From an uncultured virus (IMG/VR IMGVR_UViG_3300024999_000047) (Duplodnaviria; Heunggongvirae; Uroviricota; Caudoviricetes): a stretch of 64,000 bases of DNA. A model generated the notes under the pieces. The model was not told the DNA's origin. It was given only the letters and a program-made list of their open reading frames with translations, and ran no database searches. The position numbers were made by a program, and so were the translations under genes. Within the stretch, counting starts at the first letter, position 1; each line of letters opens with the position of its first letter. Of this stretch, positions 60,131-64,000 are shown piece by piece. The DNA lies in IMG/VR virus record IMGVR_UViG_3300024999_000047; one strand, 5' to 3'.

Positions 60131-61654
60131 ATGGAAAATAAATTATCAGAAATCATAAAGGATATAGCAATATATCTTCGTAAATCAAGAGCAAAAAATC
60201 AAGAAGAAGAAACTGATGAAACATTATATAAACACAAAGAAATTCTTGTTGATTTTGCTAAGAAACATGATTTTAGATATGTAATTTATCAAGAAGTAGT
60301 TTCAGGTGATAGTATTGATAATAGACCTGAAATGATTAGATTGCTTGATGACGTTGAGAATGAATTATATGATGGTGTTTTAGTAATTGATCTAGATCGT
60401 TTGGGACGTGGAGGAGAAGAAGATTCGGGGAAAATTAAACGTATTTTTAAAAAATCTGATACATTAATTATTACTCCTAATAAAATTTATAATTTAGAAA
60501 ATGAAGATGATGAAACATATATGGAGTTCCAGACGTTTTTAGCAAGGCAGGAGTATCGCTTAATAAAAAAAAGGTTAATTCGTGGTAAGAAAATTGGAAG
60601 TAAAATGGGCAATTTTACCAATGGTACAGCACCTATTCCATATAAATATAATCCTCAAACTAAAGGTTTAATTGTAGATGAAGAAAAATTACCTATATAT
60701 AACCTTATTAAATATTTATATCTTGATAAATTATTATCTGTAGATAATATTGCAAATGAATTAAATAAATTAGGTATCCCTACACTTTATGACAGAGGAA
60801 CTAAATGGCATGCAAATGTAATACAAAGAATACTTATTAGTGAGACTCATTTAGGTAAGATAATTAGCAATAAAACTAAAGGCAATAGTAAAAAAGGTGA
60901 AAAAATAATACAATATTCTAGAGATAAATGGATAGTGGTTGAAAATTGTCATTCTTGTGTAAAAACTCAAGAAGAGCATGATAGAATATTAGAATTGTTT
61001 AAACAGAGAAAACAAATTGCACCAAGAGCAAAACAGGGTGTATTTGATTTTTCAGGTTTGCTAAAATGTTCATTGTGTCAACATTCGATGACGTTTTTTG
61101 TCAGAAAAGAATCAGATAAAGTATATATGAAACCTTGTTGGTATGTTGACAATTTTGGTAATAAGTGTCCTAATCGTGCTGGAAGTGTTGAAGAAGTAAG
61201 TAAGTTTGTTAAATTGAAAATTATTGAAAGAAAAGAAAGATTATTTAAAGAACTTAAAAATGGAACAAGCCATGATAGTAGTAAAATAGAATTGATTATA
61301 AAACAAAAAAATAAGCAACTAGCAAAATTTAATAAAGCATTAAATAATGCTAAAGATGCTTATGATTTAGGTGATTATACTAGAGATGAATGGATAGAAA
61401 GAAAGAGTAAATGGGAAAATGAAATAGAAAAAGTTAATAGTGATATTAATGAGTTAAATGAACAAATGTTGAAAAACAGTGTAATAAAAAATAAAGAAGA
61501 AGATATATATATTATTACTAAAGTATTAGAAAATTTAGATAAAAAAGATATTTCTTCTAAAGAAAAAAATAGATATTATAAATCAATAATTAAAGAAATA
61601 TTATGGACAAGAATTGGTAATAACGAAGAAATTATAGATATAGAATGGAGATAA
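60131..61654 (+). CDS. Large serine recombinase/integrase (SprA-like)
   Basis: IYLRKSR...EVVSG...DLDRLGR; recombinase domain; zinc ribbon LLKCSLC; coiled coil. Confidence 0.93.
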   Translation: MENKLSEIIKDIAIYLRKSRAKNQEEETDETLYKHKEILVDFAKKHDFRYVIYQEVVSGDSIDNRPEMIRLLDDVENELYDGVLVIDLDRLGRGGEEDSGKIKRIFKKSDTLIITPNKIYNLENEDDETYMEFQTFLARQEYRLIKKRLIRGKKIGSKMGNFTNGTAPIPYKYNPQTKGLIVDEEKLPIYNLIKYLYLDKLLSVDNIANELNKLGIPTLYDRGTKWHANVIQRILISETHLGKIISNKTKGNSKKGEKIIQYSRDKWIVVENCHSCVKTQEEHDRILELFKQRKQIAPRAKQGVFDFSGLLKCSLCQHSMTFFVRKESDKVYMKPCWYVDNFGNKCPNRAGSVEEVSKFVKLKIIERKERLFKELKNGTSHDSSKIELIIKQKNKQLAKFNKALNNAKDAYDLGDYTRDEWIERKSKWENEIEKVNSDINELNEQMLKNSVIKNKEEDIYIITKVLENLDKKDISSKEKNRYYKSIIKEILWTRIGNNEEIIDIEWR

Positions 61655-61656
61655 TT

Positions 61657-61704
61657 TTTTACTTTAATAGACATGACACCAATGACAAGTTTGTTAAAGT
61701 AAAA
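61657..61704. other. Putative attP site
   Basis: 48-bp imperfect palindrome TTTTACTTTAA-tagacatgacaccaatgacaagtttg-TTAAAGTAAAA immediately after the integrase stop. Confidence 0.65.
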
Positions 61705-61729
61705 TTTAAAATAATATTTTTATAAAAAA

Positions 61730-61753
61730 TAAAAGCATCTTAAGATGCTTTTA
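61730..61753. terminator. Bidirectional terminator-like palindrome
   Basis: TAAAAGCATCTTAAGATGCTTTTA. Confidence 0.6.
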
Positions 61754-61868
61754 TATCTTTTGGTAAATATTTTTCATCCAGTTTATTATTTTTAATTATT
61801 TCTAATAATATTTTTATACTATTTCTTATTGCTTCATCTGATGGTTCATTTTTTTCTTTTACTATCAT
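61740..61868 (-). CDS. 42-aa protein, candidate recombination directionality factor; not in ORF track
   Basis: GGTGA RBS; MIVKEKNEPSDEAIRNSIKILLEIIKNNKLDEKYLPKDIKAS. Converges on the putative attP; the RDF call rests on position only. Confidence 0.45.
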   Translation of the reverse strand: MIVKEKNEPSDEAIRNSIKILLEIIKNNKLDEKYLPKDIKAS

Positions 61869-61995
61869 AAACATCACCCACCTCTAAAATCACATAATTT
61901 ATTTTCATCACCCCTATACATATGTATTAACTAATCAATAAAATATTACATGGTAATTGTTCCCATTACATTACTTTAAAAAATAATAATCACAT

Positions 61996-62187
61996 CTACT
62001 TATCACATCTATTTATCACATCAAATCCCAACTGATAAAATAATAAATAAACCAATTCTTTTTCATTAGAGAAAGTATAACTAGTTTTTTCTATTCTATT
62101 ATCTGCATGTATAATATCATCATTAATAAAAATTAAATAATCTTCTTTATTTTCTAATATTTCATTGAATAATTCTTTATCGTTCAT
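61996..62187 (-). CDS. Hypothetical protein
   Basis: AAGGAG RBS; ORF track. Confidence 0.5.
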   Translation of the reverse strand: MNDKELFNEILENKEDYLIFINDDIIHADNRIEKTSYTFSNEKELVYLLFYQLGFDVINRCDK

Positions 62188-62193
62188 AATATT

Positions 62194-62376
62194 TTACTCC
62201 TTTTCTATTCTAATTATTTCAATAATTAGTTCTTCAAATTCTTCTCTTATGTCAGAATCCATTTGAATTCTCACAAAAATTTCACATAATATTTTTTTAA
62301 TTTTCGTAATATCGTTTGCATTGGATAATTCTGTGGTTATTTTATTTATGTAGTTTATGTTGACACCTCCTTTCAT
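62194..62376 (-). CDS. Hypothetical protein
   Basis: ORF track; an internal AAGGAGGTG suggests the true start is a few codons in. Confidence 0.45.
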   Translation of the reverse strand: MKGGVNINYINKITTELSNANDITKIKKILCEIFVRIQMDSDIREEFEELIIEIIRIEKE

Positions 62377-62410
62377 AGAATATTTATAATATTATTTATG
62401 TATTTTAAAT

Positions 62411-63847
62411 TTATGCACTTTTATTTTGTTGTTTTATGTATTTATCATAATCTTCTTTATACATCCATTTAAATCTTCCTGCTGAGTTCTTTTTACCTCT
62501 ACAGCAGTTATTAATATTTCTATCTCCTATATTTAATTGTCTTCCTGCTTCTGCTGCACTTTCAAATTCCGCTATGTATTTCCCTGTAAGTGATAACTGA
62601 ATTATAGGGATACTTCTTATTTTACTAACTTTTATACCATTATTTTTCATAATTTCTTTTCCATTATAATTACACCATTTTAATTTTGTACCTTGATTGA
62701 GATATTTTATAACTGTATTTTTAGCTATTTTTATAATATTGCTTATTTCTTTTATATCTTTAATTCCATCCATCCATAATATACTAACTTTTTCAACCAA
62801 ATTACTACAAGCATATTTTTCTATTTCATCCCACTCAATACTGTTTAAATCAAATAAATCAACTAATTTACTAGTTAAAATATTTTTCTTTATGTATTTT
62901 AAATTACTTTTCAAACAATCAATTCTTATCACTTCAATATTATGTTCTTTTGCTAATTTATCCTTATAATCATCTATTGCTTTAGAATCTTCTGCTGTTT
63001 GACCATTTAACGGATTATCATTCCCATGCCCTAAACTACCATCCATTTCTAATATGTATTGTTTATTATTAACTTCAAAATAAAAATCATATCTCCTTGG
63101 TTTAATCCAATCAGGGTTATATTCATATTCAAAATCAATATTTAACTGTTCTAATAAATTAAATGCAAATTTATTAGGATAACTAATTCCGTCTCCACAT
63201 TTAGGGCATGAAAAATTATGTTTTATAATAGAACGTATATCAAAAGATTTTTTATATTCACATTTAGGACAAATAAAAATGATTTTTTGGGACATTCCAT
63301 GACTTACTTTATAACCTATTTCTGTATTATCTAATAATTTAGCAATATGTGGATGAGTAGTCCATAAATCATTATAACCAATTAATATTTTCTTTGATGG
63401 AACACAACAAACATTACAACCTACATTTTTATTTAAATCATATTCATTTATTTAATCTTCATTTCCGCATTTTAAACATTTATATTTATATCCTTTTTGT
63501 GTATATTTCCCCTGGGGCATCCTAATTTGCTCTATTATTTGTATTTGACTAAAATTATTAGTAAAATTTTCTCCAATTTTATATTTAAAATTACGATTAA
63601 TCATATTTAATAATTCACCTAAAGCACATTTTAAAAAATTATCTGTATATATTCGATGACTTTTATTATTGTAATATATATAGATAGAAGGATGTTGATT
63701 TTCTTTAATATAATCAATAATTTCAACTTCTCCTTCAATATCATCATAAATAAATTTAACTTTATATCCAATGCTATTTTCCCAATCTATACGTTGTTTA
63801 TTTCCATATTTATTTTTTGGCAATTCATCTAAAAACACTTTTCTCAA
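62411..63847 (-). pseudogene. Zinc-ribbon/PD-(D/E)XK/NUMOD1 endonuclease-like gene split by one in-frame TAA
   Basis: The two track ORFs are in the same frame: KCLKCGNED*INEYDLNKNVGCNVCC...NDLWTTHPHIAK...MSQK; RYDFYF...ILEMDG; IIQLSLTGKYIAEFES. Confidence 0.8.
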
Positions 63848-64000
63848 TTCTAATTATCCTCCTCGTCAGGAGGCGTAGCTACACCATAAACTTGCAAGTT
63901 CTCCTATTATATTTATAATTTAATCATGTGAATTTCAATATTAATCATTGTATTTAATATAGGGGAATTTCATCCCACTATTTTAGTTAAACAATATCAT

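Noticed and set aside
63452..63454. Stop-codon reassignment (alternative genetic code)
   Set aside because: A single in-frame TAA only; TAA, TAG and TGA all terminate normal genes elsewhere in the window.
63835..63875. Hammerhead-like CUGACGA...GAAA on the minus strand
   Set aside because: No stem II closing onto GAAA and no supporting stems I and III; better explained as an RBS hairpin.

Overview
This is an AT-rich window from a large Firmicutes (Bacillota) temperate siphophage with SPbeta-like gene order. It runs through portal (5'-truncated), prohead protease/scaffold, capsid decoration, major capsid, neck proteins, two tail-tube paralogs, RusA, HU, a tyrosine recombinase, a 2470-aa tape measure with M15-peptidase and SLT domains, Dit, a 2037-aa FN3-rich tail tip, a subtilisin-FN3 protein, accessory virion genes, lysis genes and an SprA-like serine integrase with an apparently intact attP. 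Six free-standing endonuclease-like genes (three broken) and two AEP-primase/Zn-finger paralogs are inserted among these. The most notable observation is two unrelated virion-accessory cassettes 35 kb apart that share one layout. Each is fused into a host gene at an identical 19-nt site (TATGCAACTAACTGGTAGT, read as MQLTGS), is closed by a palindromic CCAACTAACT-N4-TGCGTTAGT site, and is followed by a shared 69-bp repeat. This suggests an integron- or shufflon-like exchangeable C-terminal cassette system. The second is a recurrent three-stem RNA leader in front of four mobile genes, whose loop covaries with and can pair to the downstream RBS. All product calls come from motif recognition and synteny; no searches were run.
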